Counted from the stretch's first letter, positions 1-13,788 are shown. The stretch is DNA of 64,000 nucleotides from Felis catus (GCF_018350175.1 NC_058369.1:4838001-4902000); one strand, 5' to 3'. The notes: a model not told the origin generated them from the letters alone. Program-made: numbers and translations.

Positions 1-48
1 GGACAGGCGGGGCACCGGGCAGCCGGAGCTCCCCTCCTCCGGCACCAT
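1..48 (-). CDS. CD70: CD70 (TNFSF7) exon 1, first 16 codons; continues past the left edge
   Basis: Minus strand reads MVPEEGSSGCPVPRLS from a strong-Kozak ATG (atcATGG). This resembles the human CD70 N-terminus MPEEGSGCSV and fits the expected CD70-TNFSF14-C3 synteny and orientation. Confidence 0.8.
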   Translation of the reverse strand, partial: MVPEEGSSGCPVPRLS

Positions 49-480
49 GATTCTCAGACAGCGCTGCATGGGGCCCGTGCTGGCGGGGCGCGGGGCGAGC
101 CAGGGAGCCTGGAGCACGGTAACCTCAGTGCTCTCACGGCTCGGGGGCCTCGGCCTGCCCGAACCTGCCAGAGACCCGCCCCACCCCACTCTGGGGATGT
201 CCGGCAAAGGGGAGGGATTTGAGCTGTTCGCCGAGCAGGGAAATCCCCTCCAGCGTTTGCCCACCCCCAGCTCGCAGAGGGGTATGCCAGGAATCCGACC
301 GCCCCACGGAGCCCCTCAGTCTTCTGATGTGGCCCCTTGTCCTCACCTTCCTCACAGTCATTCATTCATTCATTCATTCATTCAACAAACCTTCATTGAG
401 CATCCCCTGTGGACCAGGTGCTGTGCGGGAGCGGGGTGTGTGCGCGTGTGCGCGCGTGTGCGCGTGTGTAGGGGGAAACC
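49..480 (-). promoter_or_regulatory. CD70 5' UTR/promoter, CpG-rich, with GC box and NF-kB site
   Basis: CpG-rich segment upstream of the ATG; GC box CCCGCCC at 175-181; consensus kB site GGGAAATCCC at 238-247. Confidence 0.6.
358..383 (+). repeat. (CATT)n microsatellite
   Basis: tcattcattcattcattcattcattc. Confidence 0.85.
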
Positions 481-709
481 AGGGGTACAGCCAGCACCCA
501 GAGAGGTCAGGGAGGCTCCCCACATATCCAGGGGCTTGTTTCCATTTTCCCAGTCTCCCTGCACGCGATGGGGCCACGTGACTGACCTGCCCACCAGGAA
601 GAGAGTAGACGCAGATGAATTTAGGAGAGCTTGGGTGGCCTGCTCCGCTAAACACCCCGCATCACCCTTCAGCCTTCTCGTCCTCTCAGAAGTGGCCTCT
701 GCTTGGTCT

Positions 710-1165
710 GCAGTGGGCTGGATAGTGTCCCCCTCCCTCCCCCCAAGAAATTCACGTCCACCTAGAACCTCAGGTGGTATGTGAGCTCACTTGGGAACAG
801 GATCCTCGCGGTGACGATTAGATGAGGTCATAGTGGATTAGAGCGGGCCCTAAATCCAAAGAACGGCAAGCTTGCAAAGAAAGGAGAGGGCACGCACAGG
901 GACACAGAAGGGTGATGGCCATGTGACGGTGGAGGTGGACGTCAGAGGGACCGGTTCATCTACAAGCCGGGGAACCCCAAGGATTGCCCCGAAACAGCAG
1001 ACACCGGGAAGAGGCAAGGAAGGATTCTTTCCCGAAGCCTTCAGAGGGAGTGAGGTCTGCGGACGCCTTCATTTCAGACATCTGGCCTCTCAAACTGTGA
1101 CAGGATAAATACCTTTCGTTTTAAGCTGCCCCGTTTGTGGCACTTTGTGGTGGCAGCCACAAGAA
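710..1165 (+). mobile_element. MLT1-type MaLR LTR remnant
   Basis: Typical MLT1 motifs: gatgaggtcatagtggattagagcgggccctaaatcc; ggccatgtgacggtggagg; ttttaagctgccccgtttgtggcactttgtggtggcagcc. Confidence 0.65.
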
Positions 1166-1177
1166 TCCAGTAACCTT

Positions 1178-1375
1178 GGGGGCCCCTGGGTGGCTCAGTC
1201 GGTTGAGCATCCGACTTCAGCTCAGGTGGTGAGCTCACGGTTGGCGAGTGGGAGCTCCGCGTGGGGCTCGCCGCCGTCAGCGCTGAGCCCGCTTCGAATC
1301 CTCTGCCCCTCCCCTGCTTGCGCGCTCTCTCTCAAAAACAAACAACGACAACACAATAAAAGCGTTGAAAAGAGA
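1178..1375 (+). mobile_element. Can-SINE (tRNA-derived), CpG-rich copy
   Basis: Head gggggcccctgggtggctcagtcggttgagcatccgact, CT-rich body, A-rich tail. Confidence 0.85.
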
Positions 1376-3159
1376 GAATCCAATGATAATGGCACCCTGC
1401 AAGATGCTGAGAGATCACCTGGGCTCATAGGATTGTGCCAATAGCAGTCAGCATCAGCGAGTCTAACCCCTCGCCGGCCCCCGGGGCGGAAAAGCTGCTT
1501 CCGCGGCAGTTGACAAGCGCCTGGGGCTGTGTTCTCAGGAGCTTTACCTGTAGACCCCAGAATTGGAAAATTTCATCCCAAAGTGAGGCGTCATGGAGGC
1601 CTGGTCTGGAGGATGGATACAGGATAGAAGTCAGAGCTTGAGGCAACCACATCGGCTGATGGGGGCAGGGGGTGCGGGGAGGCAGGTGAGAGAGAGAGAA
1701 AGGAGTCAAACGTGTCCAGAATCCCCGGGATGCAGGTGACTGGGGACCCCAACGACTAAAACAATGTCCTTCTCTAGGATTGTGTCTGGGGATTCGGCTG
1801 GCAGCCTCCCCATGGGGGCCCCTAACTCAAGCTTTCCTGAGTATAGGGGCATGATCCTAAGAATTTTTTCCAACCTTCTTTCTTACTCTACGACACTCCT
1901 GCTGGGTTCTAAAGTCTAGCTTTACCCACTAACCCCATCTCCAGAACCTTCCAGTTCCCATTACATCATGTTCCCCGCGACGGACTTTTGATGGTTTCCT
2001 GCGGTCCCACTAGTGTCCCTTCCCCGCCTCCATCTAGCCACGGCAACAATGCTGCGGAGGGTGTAGTCAAGTGCGAGGAGTCTGCAGTCCCCCAACACAC
2101 CTGGATTCCAGTCTTCAGAATGTCACCTTTTAGCTTTGAAGTTTGGGAAACTCGTGCCCTCATCGTCTTTTAAGGGCCAGCGTCCCCGACCATAAGTGGA
2201 CCATGATGCGGTTCAGAAGAAAGACGTGTGCAAGGCCGTAGCGTCGTATAAGCACATGGCAAGCGCCCAGTAAAGGCCCGCTCCGACTCGGTTATTTTCT
2301 CCCTCGAAACACGCCTCAGAAGAACGGTTGAGGACGCAAACGAATGGTTCGCAAAGAAAGGAATTCAAGTGACGCAGAAACCCAGAGAAAGGGCGTCAAC
2401 TTCTCTCAACAATGAAGTGCAAGTTACAGCCATCGCTGATTGACAGAAACGCTTAAAAGCTGGGTAACCTGAAGTAAGTTCCAGCTGGATCAAAGATTTA
2501 AGCGTAAAAAGGCAAAAAAGAAACAGGAAAATGCCGAATGTGGTAAATTCATAAAAATTCATCCCGGGGCAGTGATTTGTTAAGCATGTTAAAAAAGCAA
2601 CTAAGAAGGCATAAAAGAGAATGATGCTCTGTTTCATGTATAAGTGAATAAATTCCTCCATTAAAAATACCAAGTTGAAAGGCATACACACACGTAAATT
2701 AAGGAGCAAGAGAAAAAACAAGGAAAGGTTGGTAAGACATTGATGGCGATTGATTTCCTTTAAGGTATAAATATCTTACCAGCGATGTCTTCAAGAAATG
2801 ACTAATATTCTCTAGAAACATGAAACAGAAGAAGCAGCCAGCTCGTAAAAGAAATGCCTGTACACATGAAACAACATCGAATGATACGCTCGCTTTTCAT
2901 AACAAAAGAATTTGGAAGTTAAAAGCCCGTGGGGTACACTTTTTCGTTTTCATCTGTGATTTGGTAAAAGATCAGAGCACTGGATGATTGGCCGCTTTGC
3001 CAGACTGTGTGGCTGGGAGGCATCTGAAATGGATCTGACATGGATCCAACCTTTTGCAAGGACGGGGTTTAGCAAAATCAGTCAAGATACCAGAATGCAC
3101 CTTCCCTTTCTGCTATCGGTTTTACTTCAAGGATTTTCTTCCCTTAATATTATTATTAT

Positions 3160-3378
3160 TATTTTAATGTTTTTTTTTTTTTTGAAAGAGAGACAGAGAG
3201 ACAGAGAGTGAGCAGGGGAGGGCAGAGAGAGAGAGAGAGGGAGACACAAAATCCGAAGCAGGCTCCAGGCTCTGAGCTGTCAGCACAGAGCCTGACGCGG
3301 GGCTCGAACTCACAGACCGTGAGATCATGACCTGAGCCGAAGTCAGACACTTAACCGACTGAGCCACCCAGGTGCCCC
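3160..3378 (-). mobile_element. SINEC_Fc-type SINE
   Basis: Reverse-complement SINE with target-site duplication tcaaggattttct on both sides. Confidence 0.9.
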
Positions 3379-6269
3379 TCAAGGATTTTCTTTCATAAGC
3401 ACACTCTCACACATCACAAACTCAGATGATCACGCATAAATTCGATGGTGGTGCGATTTGTAGTAACAGAAAGGGAAACACCAGCAACCCTACGATGCAT
3501 TCGTTATCGAGGGCTTATGCCTGTGAGAAGCGGGGGTCGCCTTTCTGAACGCGGGTCTAGCCTTGACTTCCATCTTCCAGCCGCAGGGCTAGAGAGGGAC
3601 GCAGGCAGCCGTTCGCCAAGCAAAGAGGTTGGGGGAGGGTGTGCCCGAGTTCGATCACACATTTGCATTCACAAGCCCCGGGGTTTTTCCCCCCTGCTGC
3701 TCTGAATTACTGGCTGGGACCTGAGGGAGGCTCCATCGATCGAATGCTCTCCGGACGGTGTAGTTCTGCTGGGTGGTGTGGGATGTTTGAGGAAGTTCTG
3801 AAACCAGAGCTTCTTCTCTCCCTTCAAGCAAGTGGCTGGCTCCCTCCCCTTGCCAGTTAGCTCTCCACCTCCCCTCACTACTTCTCTTCTGACTAAGCTG
3901 GGGAGGGAAAGGGCCAGAGGCCCCTGGGAAGGGGGCGGGGGAACAATTTGGATGCTGGGACTTAAGATCACTTTCCTCCCGAGCCTTGCCTTTTCCGGAA
4001 TGTCACAGAATTGGAATCATACAGTGTGTAGCCTTTTCAGACTGGCTTCTTTCGCTCAGTAACACGCATTTACATTTCCTCCGTGTCTTTTCGTGGTTGA
4101 GAGCTCATTTGATTTTAGCGCTGAATAATGTGACATTGGATGTCCCACAGTTTCTTTTTCCATTCACCTCCTATACACCTGCTTCCAGGTTTTGGCAATT
4201 ATGAATAAAACTGTGTGCAGGTTTCCGGGTGGATGTAAGTTTTTCAACTCCTCAGGGGAAATACTAAGGAGTGTGCTTGTGGACTCGAATGCTAAGGGTC
4301 AAGCGATCCTCCAAAGTCATCCCAAGCTCCTTTCTACCGTGGCTGGATTCTAGAAGCTGCTGTACAGGACCTCAACCAGGAAGTGGCACTGTGTCCCTTC
4401 CACTGTATTCTTTTGGTGAAAGTAAATCAGATCAACGCAGACTCAAGGAAATGGGAAGTAGACTGTATGACTTGATGGGAGAAGTGACACATATATACAG
4501 AGATACAGAGATGGGGGGCGGGGCGGGGGGAATGGGGGGCTGGGGCACATTTCTGCAGGCAGTTCTACCAGAAAGCCAAAGCTCAAACCTCATCAACAAA
4601 CGAATGTGGTTTTTAAACATTCCCCCCCCCAGATTTATTGAGATATGATTGACAACTATGTATTGTATGTGTTTAGATTGTACGATGTGATTTTTTTTAA
4701 AAAAGGTGCACAACACAATGAGTTAATACATGTTTCTGCTGTGAAATGACCACCACCCTCAAGTTAATGAACACATCTGTCACCTCACAGTTACTATCTG
4801 CTTTGTTTTTTTGTGTGTGGTGAGAACACTTAATACCTACTCCCTTACAAAATTTTAAGCATGCAACACAGTGCTAGTCGTTATATTAATCATACTGCAC
4901 ATTAGATTCCCCAGAACTTACTTACCTCGTTATTGAAAGCTTGTACCATTTGACCAACTTTGCCCCCCTTACCCCCAGCACCTGGCAGCCACTGGTCCAT
5001 TCCCTAGTTATACAAGTGAGACTTTTTAGGTTCTACATCTAAATGAGATCATATGTGATTGTCTTTCTGCATCTGGCTTATTTCACTTAACATAACGTTC
5101 TCCAGGTTCATCACGTTGCCACTAACAACTTGACCTAGTCTCACATTCAGTGTTCTGGATCTGTGAAGAGCTGGACTGCCTACCCCCAGGTTTCTCGAAG
5201 AAACTGAACAGGTGATTACACCATCTGTGTGATCAAGATGTCATCAGCAGGAGAGCTGTGGCCTGGGGGGGGGGGGTGTCACCCTCTTGTTTTGAAGATC
5301 ATTGTTTCAGTGACAAGGAAATTGAAATTTGACCAACAGTGATAACCTTTGTTGTGAAAAGTACTCTTCTTGGAGAATAAGACGTTGGAAATGTGTGTTT
5401 GCTGATCTGGTTTAGGCACTCAGTGAGGCTGTCAAGACCAGTTCCAGACTCTGTTTTTTTTGTCATTGCCACCATCAGTGTGAAGGTTTATTTTTAATGG
5501 AGGCATAATTTATATACAATTGAATTCACCCATTCTAAGCGTACAGTGTGATGAGTTTTATCAAATACATAAAGTCATAGAACAATACCACAATCAAGAT
5601 CTAGAACACTTCTGTTGCCCTAGAAAGTTACCCCATGACCCTTCTGTATTTGCTTTTCCCAATCCATCCCTAGACAACCACCCATCTACTTCTTTCCACT
5701 CTGACTTTACCTTTTCTAAAGTTTCATATAAACGGAATCTTGCAGTCTGTACTCTTTTGTGCCTGATGTATTTCTCTTAGCATAGTGTTTTTGATTCATC
5801 CATAATGTTATGTGTATCAATATGCTGTGCCTTTTTATGGCTGAGTCGTATTCCATTTACTTGTGCGTTCATCAGCTGATGGGCACTTGTGTTGTTTTCA
5901 GTGTGGGGCGGGGCTATTATGGATAACGATGCTGTGAGCATTGTGTGTGGGTCTTTATGTGGGCATGAAATCATTTCTCTTGGGTAAATTCCTAGGAGTG
6001 GGACTGCAGGTGATATGGTAGGAGTATGTTCAACTTTGTATGGAATTGCCAAGTGTTTTCCTAAGTGACCATCTCATGTTGAGTTCCAGTTGTACCGTAT
6101 TCTCAACAATACTTGGTCTGGTTGGTCATGTTTTAGCCATTCTAATGGCAATTTGTATCATTTAAGTTTGCACTTCCTTGATGTCTGGTGATATTGAGCA
6201 TCTTTGCATATGTCCATTTGCCACCTGTAGTATATCTTCTTTAAGACACAGCTGTCCAAATTAAAAAAA

Positions 6270-6482
6270 AAACTTTTTTAATATTTATTTATTTTTGAGA
6301 CACTGAGAGACAGAGCGTGAGTGGGGGAAGGGCAGAGAGAGAGGGAGATACAGAATCTGAAGCAGGCTCCAGGCTCTGAGCCATCAGCACAGAGCCTGAT
6401 GTGGGGCTCGAACCCACAAGCTGTGAGATCATGACCTCAGCTGAAGTCAGACGCTCAACCAACTGGGCCACCCAGGTGCCCC
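6270..6482 (-). mobile_element. SINEC_Fc-type SINE
   Basis: Reverse SINE; TSD cagctgtccaaatt. Confidence 0.9.
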
Positions 6483-8679
6483 CAGCTGTCCAAATTTTTA
6501 ACAATTTTTTTTGGGGGGTGCTGAGGTTTTGTCTTCTAATTATTGAGTTGTAACAATTCTTGATATATGGTGGGTACACATTCCTTTCCAGATGCATGGC
6601 ATAAAAATGTAAATATTTTCTTCCTCTCTGTGGTGGTTCCCCCCATCCCCCATTTTCTGAATTGTGTACTTAAAGGGCAAATGTTTTTAATTTTTGTAAG
6701 TTCCACTGGGTCTCTCTTTCATGGCTCATGCTTTTAGTGTCACTAAGCATTTTTTATTTAATCGTTAATTTGTTTACCTCTTCTTGGGGCCAAGTAATAG
6801 AAAGCAAGGAAGAGTCCCTCTGAGTCAGGGCATGCCTCACGGATCTTGTCTTAGGAAACATTCAGTCGATAACTATTTAATAAGTACCTACTCTGTGCCA
6901 GGCACTGTTACCGGCACAGGGGATACAATGGTGAAGAAAACAAAGTTTCTGCTCTATAGAATTTATGTTCCAGTGGGTTTTAGACAAAAAGCATCCAGTG
7001 CTGTGGGTGCCCTACCCACATGCCCTTTGCCAGGCCATGGCACCCCATCTCCAGCTGCTATGCGTGTTGGCTGCTAATGACACCGTTGTTTTGTTTTGTT
7101 TTTTCTCCAACAGACTGATCTGTCTGACAGATGTTGCTTTGCTTAAGGATGCTGTGAAAGTTGTTTTCACCCCACCCTGCAGGTAGACCCTGGCCAAAGA
7201 CCGACTGATTTAGGGATATAAGAGCCCACACCTCCTGTGTCTCTGGGTGGGAAAGTCTTTGTGGTGCTTGCCATGCTTCGGAGCTCCCTGTGAGGTCGGG
7301 CTGAGGCAGATTCTCTTCTCTTGCAATCACATCTCTGTGGCCAGCTTCTCCTCCGGTCCTGTTCTGGTTCCTTCACTCTTCTACAGGTTTTTCCTGCGAG
7401 ACCTCCCTCGGGAAACCATATGCACAGAAACTCTCATCTCAGGATATGGTTTTAGGGAGCCCAAGCAAAAACATTGGATGCCAAAAGTTATCCTGAAGGA
7501 GGACTCTCAAAGCGATTTTGGAACAGGGTACCCAACTCCATCACTGGCCATAGGGGGACTGCTGAGCTCCTCCCGACTCCCAGCCTCAGGCAGTGTGCTG
7601 ACACTTTCACTAGTGACAAACTGAGATGTGATACAGGAGGAAGGAGATGTTCGTGCCACATCTCTGGTGTTTGAGAGTTAGGGGGAAAAGTAACTAAAAA
7701 GACTGGAATTGGATGGCTACTGCTAAGTGACACTGATGCTTTGAAGAGAGACAAGAGGAGACTCAGATATATTCGTGACCAATTCATGGTGCAGGGCGAG
7801 AGTCTGGGGGCCTCCTTGGCAGCATTTGGAAAGGTCCTCACCTGCAGCAAAGGGCAGGCAGAGTTGGGCAGGAAACTCACAACATAATGGTAAGGGTTGC
7901 AGAGTTTCAGCGAAGGTTGTTGTTGGTATTGAAGCAAGTTTCCGGTATCAAAGTCAGGGTCCTGATGGGGAATGAGTAGGATACTGAGACTTTCAAGTCC
8001 CTGGGCAGGTGCAGTTGCAAATCAAACTCCACATTCCCCTGAGCCTCTGGACCCACAAGAGTGGCTCCATCCCTGTTGTTGGAAGATCATGCAAAAGGCT
8101 TAAATAGGCTGGTGTCTTGCAGGACACCCTCTTTAATATGCCCCCCATCCCCCCCCACCCCCTGCCAAAACCCACCTTCTCTCCTGGCCACTGGGTCAAC
8201 ACTAGGGTCAAATCTTAGCATAGCTTGAATGTGCCAGTGTGCTCCTGCTAAGGATGGAGATGGAAATTTTTGCCACTAAAAAGTTTTCATGGCAGCAATA
8301 TTCATGATAGCCAAGACATGGAAACAATCCAAGTTTCATCTGCAGATGAGTGGATAAAGAAGGTGTATTATATAAATATTATGGAATTATTATTCAGTCA
8401 TTAAAAAGAAGTTGTTCTGCCATTTGTGACCACACGGATAATCCATGAAGTCATTATGATAAGTGAAACAAGTCAGACAGAGAAACAGAAATACTTCACG
8501 ATTCCACTTATATGAGGTACCTAAAATAGTCAAACTTGTAGAAACAGAGATTAGAATGGGGGTTGCCAGAGGTGGGGTGGGGGATATGGTAAGACATTGT
8601 TAAAGGGCACACACTTCCAGTAATAAGATGAATAGTGCCATCTTCTTGTGTGTTTTTTAAAATTTAAAAAAGAATTTTA

Positions 8680-8860
8680 AAGAATGTTTTTTATTTATTT
8701 TTGAGGGAGAGCGAGAGACAGAGCATGAGCAGGGGAGGAGCAGAGAGAGAGGGAGACACAGAATTCGAAGCAGGCTCCAGGCTCCAAGCTGTCAGCACAG
8801 AGCCTGACGCGGGGCTTGGGACTGAGAGATCATGACCTGCACCGGGCCCCCCAGGCACCC
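8680..8860 (-). mobile_element. SINEC_Fc-type SINE with deleted head segment
   Basis: Reverse SINE body gagacagagcatgagcaggggaggagcagagagagagggagacacagaattcgaagcaggctccagg. Confidence 0.8.
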
Positions 8861-10329
8861 CTAATTTTGATTTTAAATTGTATTTTCCTGATGCTCAGTG
8901 AAGCTGGATGCCCCTTTTTCAGGTGTTTATAGGCCATTTAGATATCATTTTCAGTGAAATGTCTTTTCCGGTCTTTTGCTCGTTTTCCAATGGATTGTCT
9001 AAGGACTAGGGAGTGTGGTGCCCTCAGATAGGTCATAGGAGCCCCACCCCCCTTCCGCCCACTTTGTCCCGGGCATGTCTTCTGTCTGTGGCTGTTCCTG
9101 AGTTAATTCTTTTATACTAAAGCAGTAGCCTAATAAGTAAAATATTTCTCTGAGTTATGTGTGAGCTGCTCTAGCAAATTTTAATGGAACCCAAAGTGCG
9201 GGGCGGGGGGGGGGGTCACTGGAACCTCTGATCTGTAGCCAGTAGGTCAGATTGGCATCTGAAGTTGGGGAGAATCTTGCAGGATGCTATCTTCAGGTAG
9301 ATAGTGTCAGAATTTACTGGAATTGCAGGACACCCAGCTGGTATGTGAGAATTGCTTCGGAAGTGCCATGAGTGGGGTAGCAGAGTGAGAATAAAGGAGA
9401 AACATAGGAGGAAAACTGAGTTTTCCCAAAACAGACATACACGCATATGAAGAAAGCCAGAGACTGAAGTGAGGCATCTACAAGTCAAAGAAAACCAAGG
9501 ATGGCCACAAGAAGCTGGAAGAAACTAGGAAAGTCTTCCCCTACAGTCTTCACAGGGATCATGGCCCTGCTGAGACTTAGGTATTGGATTTCTGGACTCT
9601 ACAACTGTGAGAGAATATATCTCTGTTGTTTTAAGCCAATGAGTTTGTGGTCCCTTGTTATGGTGGCCCTAGGAAAGAATACAATGAACAATGGTGGAAA
9701 AGGCATATTTATAGCACAATTGGTAGCAGCTATAAACATGTGAATTTCCTAAAAAAACAAACCCCCCCCCCAAAAAAAACGTGAATTTCCTAAAAAAACA
9801 AAACAAAACAAAAAACAAACAAAAAAAAAAACATGTGAATTTCCATCTCCAGGGGGCAGGATTCAATGACATAATTAGTTTCTCCATAACGAGCAAAATT
9901 TCATGTTACATGTCTCAAACTTAAAGGTTTCAGCTAACGAAGGGATCATTGATATTTTTCTCCTTTGATAAACTTCACGACCTGTTTTTGGGTCTTTGGT
10001 ATTACAAACCCCTTTGTTTTTCTGAATGAATGCTGAAACTCTCCCTCTCCCAAAACATGTATGCTTCCATCTTTGTCAAATGTATTAGGCTTGGAGGTTG
10101 ACTTGTGAGTATAAGGCTCACCTATCCCTGTGGGTCCCAAAGTAAATCTGAAAAAAAATGTGGAGGGGGAATATTGAGTCCCTGGGAATAAACAGCCTCT
10201 AGTTTTGGTTAAAAAACTCATGTGTGAGGTTCTCGGATTCCTGGTGGGAGGGTAGCCTTCTTTTTTCTTCCTGCAATGCACTGTGGCTCTTACAGATGGC
10301 ACATTCCAGTTTCAGAGTTTGGAGTCTGC

Positions 10330-10555
10330 GGTCTTTTGTTTTTTCTTGCCTAATTGCTCTGGCTAGAACTTCCAGTACCTTGTTGAGTAGAATTGGCAAA
10401 AGTAGACATCCTTGTGTTATTCTTGATCTTTCATTATTGAGGATGGTATTCGCTGTGGGTTTTTCATAGATAACCTTTATTATGTTAAGGAAGTTCCCTT
10501 GTATTCCTTGTTTATTGAGTGTTTTGGTCATAAAAGGGTGCTGGATTTTGTCAAA

Positions 10556-10589
<34 letters not shown>

Positions 10590-12770
10590 GCATGACTTGA
10601 GATGACAATATGTTTTTCCCTCCTCATTTTATCAATTTGGTATCTTACACAGATTGATGTTTCTGTGTTGAACCGTTCTTGCATTCTGGAAATAAATCCC
10701 ACATGTTCATGAGTGTATAATCCCTTTAATATGCTGCTGGCTTTGGTTTGCTAGTGTTTTGTGGTGGGTTTTTATATCTATATTCATAAGGGTTACTGGT
10801 TTTTAGTTTTTCCTTCTTGTGATGCCATTGTTTGGTTTTGGATGCAAGGTAAAGCTGTTCTCAGAATTAGGAAGTGTTCTCTCCTTTTCAATGTTTATTT
10901 TGGAAGAATTTGAGAGACCTTGGTGTTTATTCTCCATTAAATGTTTGGTAGAATTCCTTTTATTTTTGTGAAATCAGTAGTAATGACCCCACGTTCATTT
11001 CTGATTTTGGTAATTTGAGTCTTTCTCCTCTCTCTCCCCCATGAATCTAGCTAAATGTTTGTCAATTTTGCTGATCTTTTAAAAGAATCAAGTTTTGATT
11101 TTATTGATTCTCTCTGTTGTTTTTCTATTCTCTATTTTACTTATGTCTGCTCTAACCTTTATTTTTTCCTTTCTTCTGATAGCTCTGGTTGAAATTTGCC
11201 TTTCTTTTTCTAATTTCTTAAGGTGTGCATTGAAGTTATTGACTTGAGATCTTTTCTTTTAATGTACACACTTACATCTATAAATTTTCTTCTTAATACT
11301 GTTTTTGCTAAATCCTATATATTTTGGTATGTTGTATTTTAATTTTCATTTATTTTAAGATATTTTCTAACTTCTCTTATTATTTATTTCTTGACACATT
11401 GGCTGTTTAAAATTGTGTTGCTTAATTTATACATATTTGTGAAATTTCCAGTTTTTCTTCTGCTATTCAATTCTAGTTTCATTCTATTGTGATTCAAAAA
11501 AATATTCTACATGGTTTCAGTCCTTTAAAGTTTATTAAGACTTGTTTTGTAGTATAACTTATGGTCTATCCTGAATAATGTTCCATGTGCACTTGAGAAG
11601 GATGTGTATTCTGTTAGTGTATTAGGCCAAGTGCTCTGCGTGTGTGTGAGGTCTAACTGGTTTATAGCATTAAGTCTTCTATTTTCTTATTGATTTTCTA
11701 TGTGTTGTAGTAATATTGAGAGTGGTGTGTTGAAGTCTCCAACTATCATTGTCATACTGTCTAGTCTTGCTTCAATTCTTTCAAAATTTGCTTCATATAT
11801 TTTGGATCTCCTTTTTAAATTATTATTATATTGTTTTGCTGTTTTGAACCTTCACCAATATAAAATGTCCTTCTTTGTGTGTTGTGATCTCTTTGATTTA
11901 AAGTCTATTTTGTTTGACAATAATATAAGCCTCCCCAGCTCTCCTTCAGAACAATTTGGATGAAATATCTTTTCCCATCCTTTTATTTTAAACCTTTGTG
12001 TGTCTTTGCATCTAAAGTGAGTCTCTTGTTGGGGCGCTTGGGTGGCGCAGTCGGTTAAGCGTCCGACTTCAGCCAGGTCACGATCTCGCGGTCCGTGAGT
12101 TCGAGCCCTGCGTCGGGCTCTGGGCTGATGGCTCAGAGCCTGGAGCCTGTTTCCGATTGTGTCTCCCTCTCTCTCTGCCCCTCCCCCGTTCATGCTCTGT
12201 CTCTCTCTGTCCCAAAAATAAATAAACGTTGAAAAAAAAAATTTAAAGTGAGTCTCTTGTTGACAGATGGACTGTGGTTGTTGTTGTTTTCTTCTTTTTG
12301 CAAAGGTGCCAATCTCTGCCTTTTAATAGGAAAGTGTAACCCATTTACATTTAAAGCATTTACTGATAAGGAAGGATTTCCTTCTGCAGTTTGGCTATTT
12401 TCTGTATGTCTTATATATATTTTTCCTCGTTTCCTCCATTACTGGCTTTTTTGAGTTTTAGTTAATTTTTTTGTAGTGTACCAATTCGATTTCCCTTATT
12501 TTTCCCACCTTTCTTTCTTTCTTTCTTTCTTTTTGTTTCTTGTCTTAAAAATTTTATTCTCTTAGTGATTATCTTGGGGATTACAATGAACATTTTAACC
12601 TCATAGCAACCTAGTTTTAATAATACCGACTTATTTTCAATAGTATACAAATAACTTTCAGCTACACATCTCTGTCTCTCCCTCTTTATATTGTTATTGT
12701 CACAGATTGCATTTTTATTTGTTGTGTTCTCTTTAACATATGATTATTGTTTTGTGCATTTGCCTTTTAA
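10330..12770 (-). mobile_element. Old LINE-1 ORF2 fragment (decayed)
   Basis: ORF 10199-10702 translates to L1 ORF2 RT-region motifs (AFDKIQHPFM..KTL..G..GNFLNIIK.IYEKPTAN; QGC.L.P.L.N.VLEVLARAIRQEK); plus strand is T-rich. Confidence 0.8.
12030..12247 (+). mobile_element. Young SINEC_Fc SINE inserted in L1
   Basis: Near-consensus head ggggcgcttgggtggcgcagtcggttaagcgtccgact; TSD taaagtgagtctcttgtt. Confidence 0.92.
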
Positions 12771-12929
12771 ATGAGAATTTGGTTTAACATTAAAAATAAA
12801 TTATTCTAATTCATTACATGAACATAATAAAGGGAAAAAATCTCAAAAGATACAGAGGAAGCATTTAATAAATCCAACATTTTTTAATGATAAAAACTTG
12901 AAGTGATCTAGAAATAGAGTATTCTTTTT

Positions 12930-13108
12930 CTAAAGTTTATTTATTTATTTTGAGAGAGAAAGCACGAGTGGGGGAGGGGCAGAGAAAGAGTGGAAGAGAG
13001 AGAACCCCAAGCAGGCTTGGATCTGATGTGGGGTTCAAACTCACGAACTGTGAGATCATGCCCTGAGGTGAAGTCAGATGCTTAACCAACTGAGCCACCC
13101 AGGCACCC
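12930..13108 (-). mobile_element. Can-SINE
   Basis: Reverse SINE; TSD ctagaaatagagt. Confidence 0.85.
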
Positions 13109-13788
13109 CTAGAAATAGAGTGTTCTTAATATGCTAAAGAATATCAACAAAATATCTAAAACAACATACTTGAAGGTGGGCAAATGAAATCGGGATTGCC
13201 ATCACCACTTCTTACTAATATTGCACTGAGGTCCTAGACAGTACAATAAAATAAAAGAAAGAAACAAAAGGACTGGAAAAGAAGAAATAAAAGTCATTAC
13301 TTAGATTACATTATTGTGCAGGTAGAAAACTAAAAGAGCCTATATACAGACTTAATAAAGGAATTTAACAAGATCACTGGATATAAAATAAAAATACAAA
13401 ATCAGTGGCATTTCCGTGTACCGACGTCTCTAAAAACAGACATTTGAAAATTATGCCATTTACAAGAACATCAAAAAACATCAAATACTTGTGACTAAAC
13501 CTAAGGAAAGTAGTGCAAGAATTCTACACACAAAACTGTAAGACGTTATTGAGGAAATTAAGTAAAATCTAAATAAAAAGAAGGATATACTATGATCATG
13601 GATTGGAAAATTTAATATTGTGAAAACATTAATTCCTCACCAATATCTATTGATCTATACATTCAGTGCAATCTCATCAGGGAATGAATGTGTGAGTGTT
13701 ATGTGTGAGTGCGTGGGTGGGTGGGTGATACCGATTCAAACGATTCAAACTATACAAAGAAATGCAAATGACCCAAGATAGCCTGGAT

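Noticed and set aside
47..784. 245-aa plus-strand ORF antisense to CD70
   Set aside because: Runs through the GC-rich promoter, a (CATT)n tract, a GT/GC tract and an LTR edge; no recognisable domain.
3159..3382. Recurring short ORFs such as [24 protein letters not shown], and tRNA-like heads
   Set aside because: All derive from Can-SINEs; the heads have Pol III A/B boxes but are not tRNA genes.
7190..8260. Possible ERVL/MaLR internal sequence with coding potential
   Set aside because: Looks like a heavily decayed LTR-element remnant; no ORF with recognisable gag or pol motifs, and I cannot assign the family by eye.
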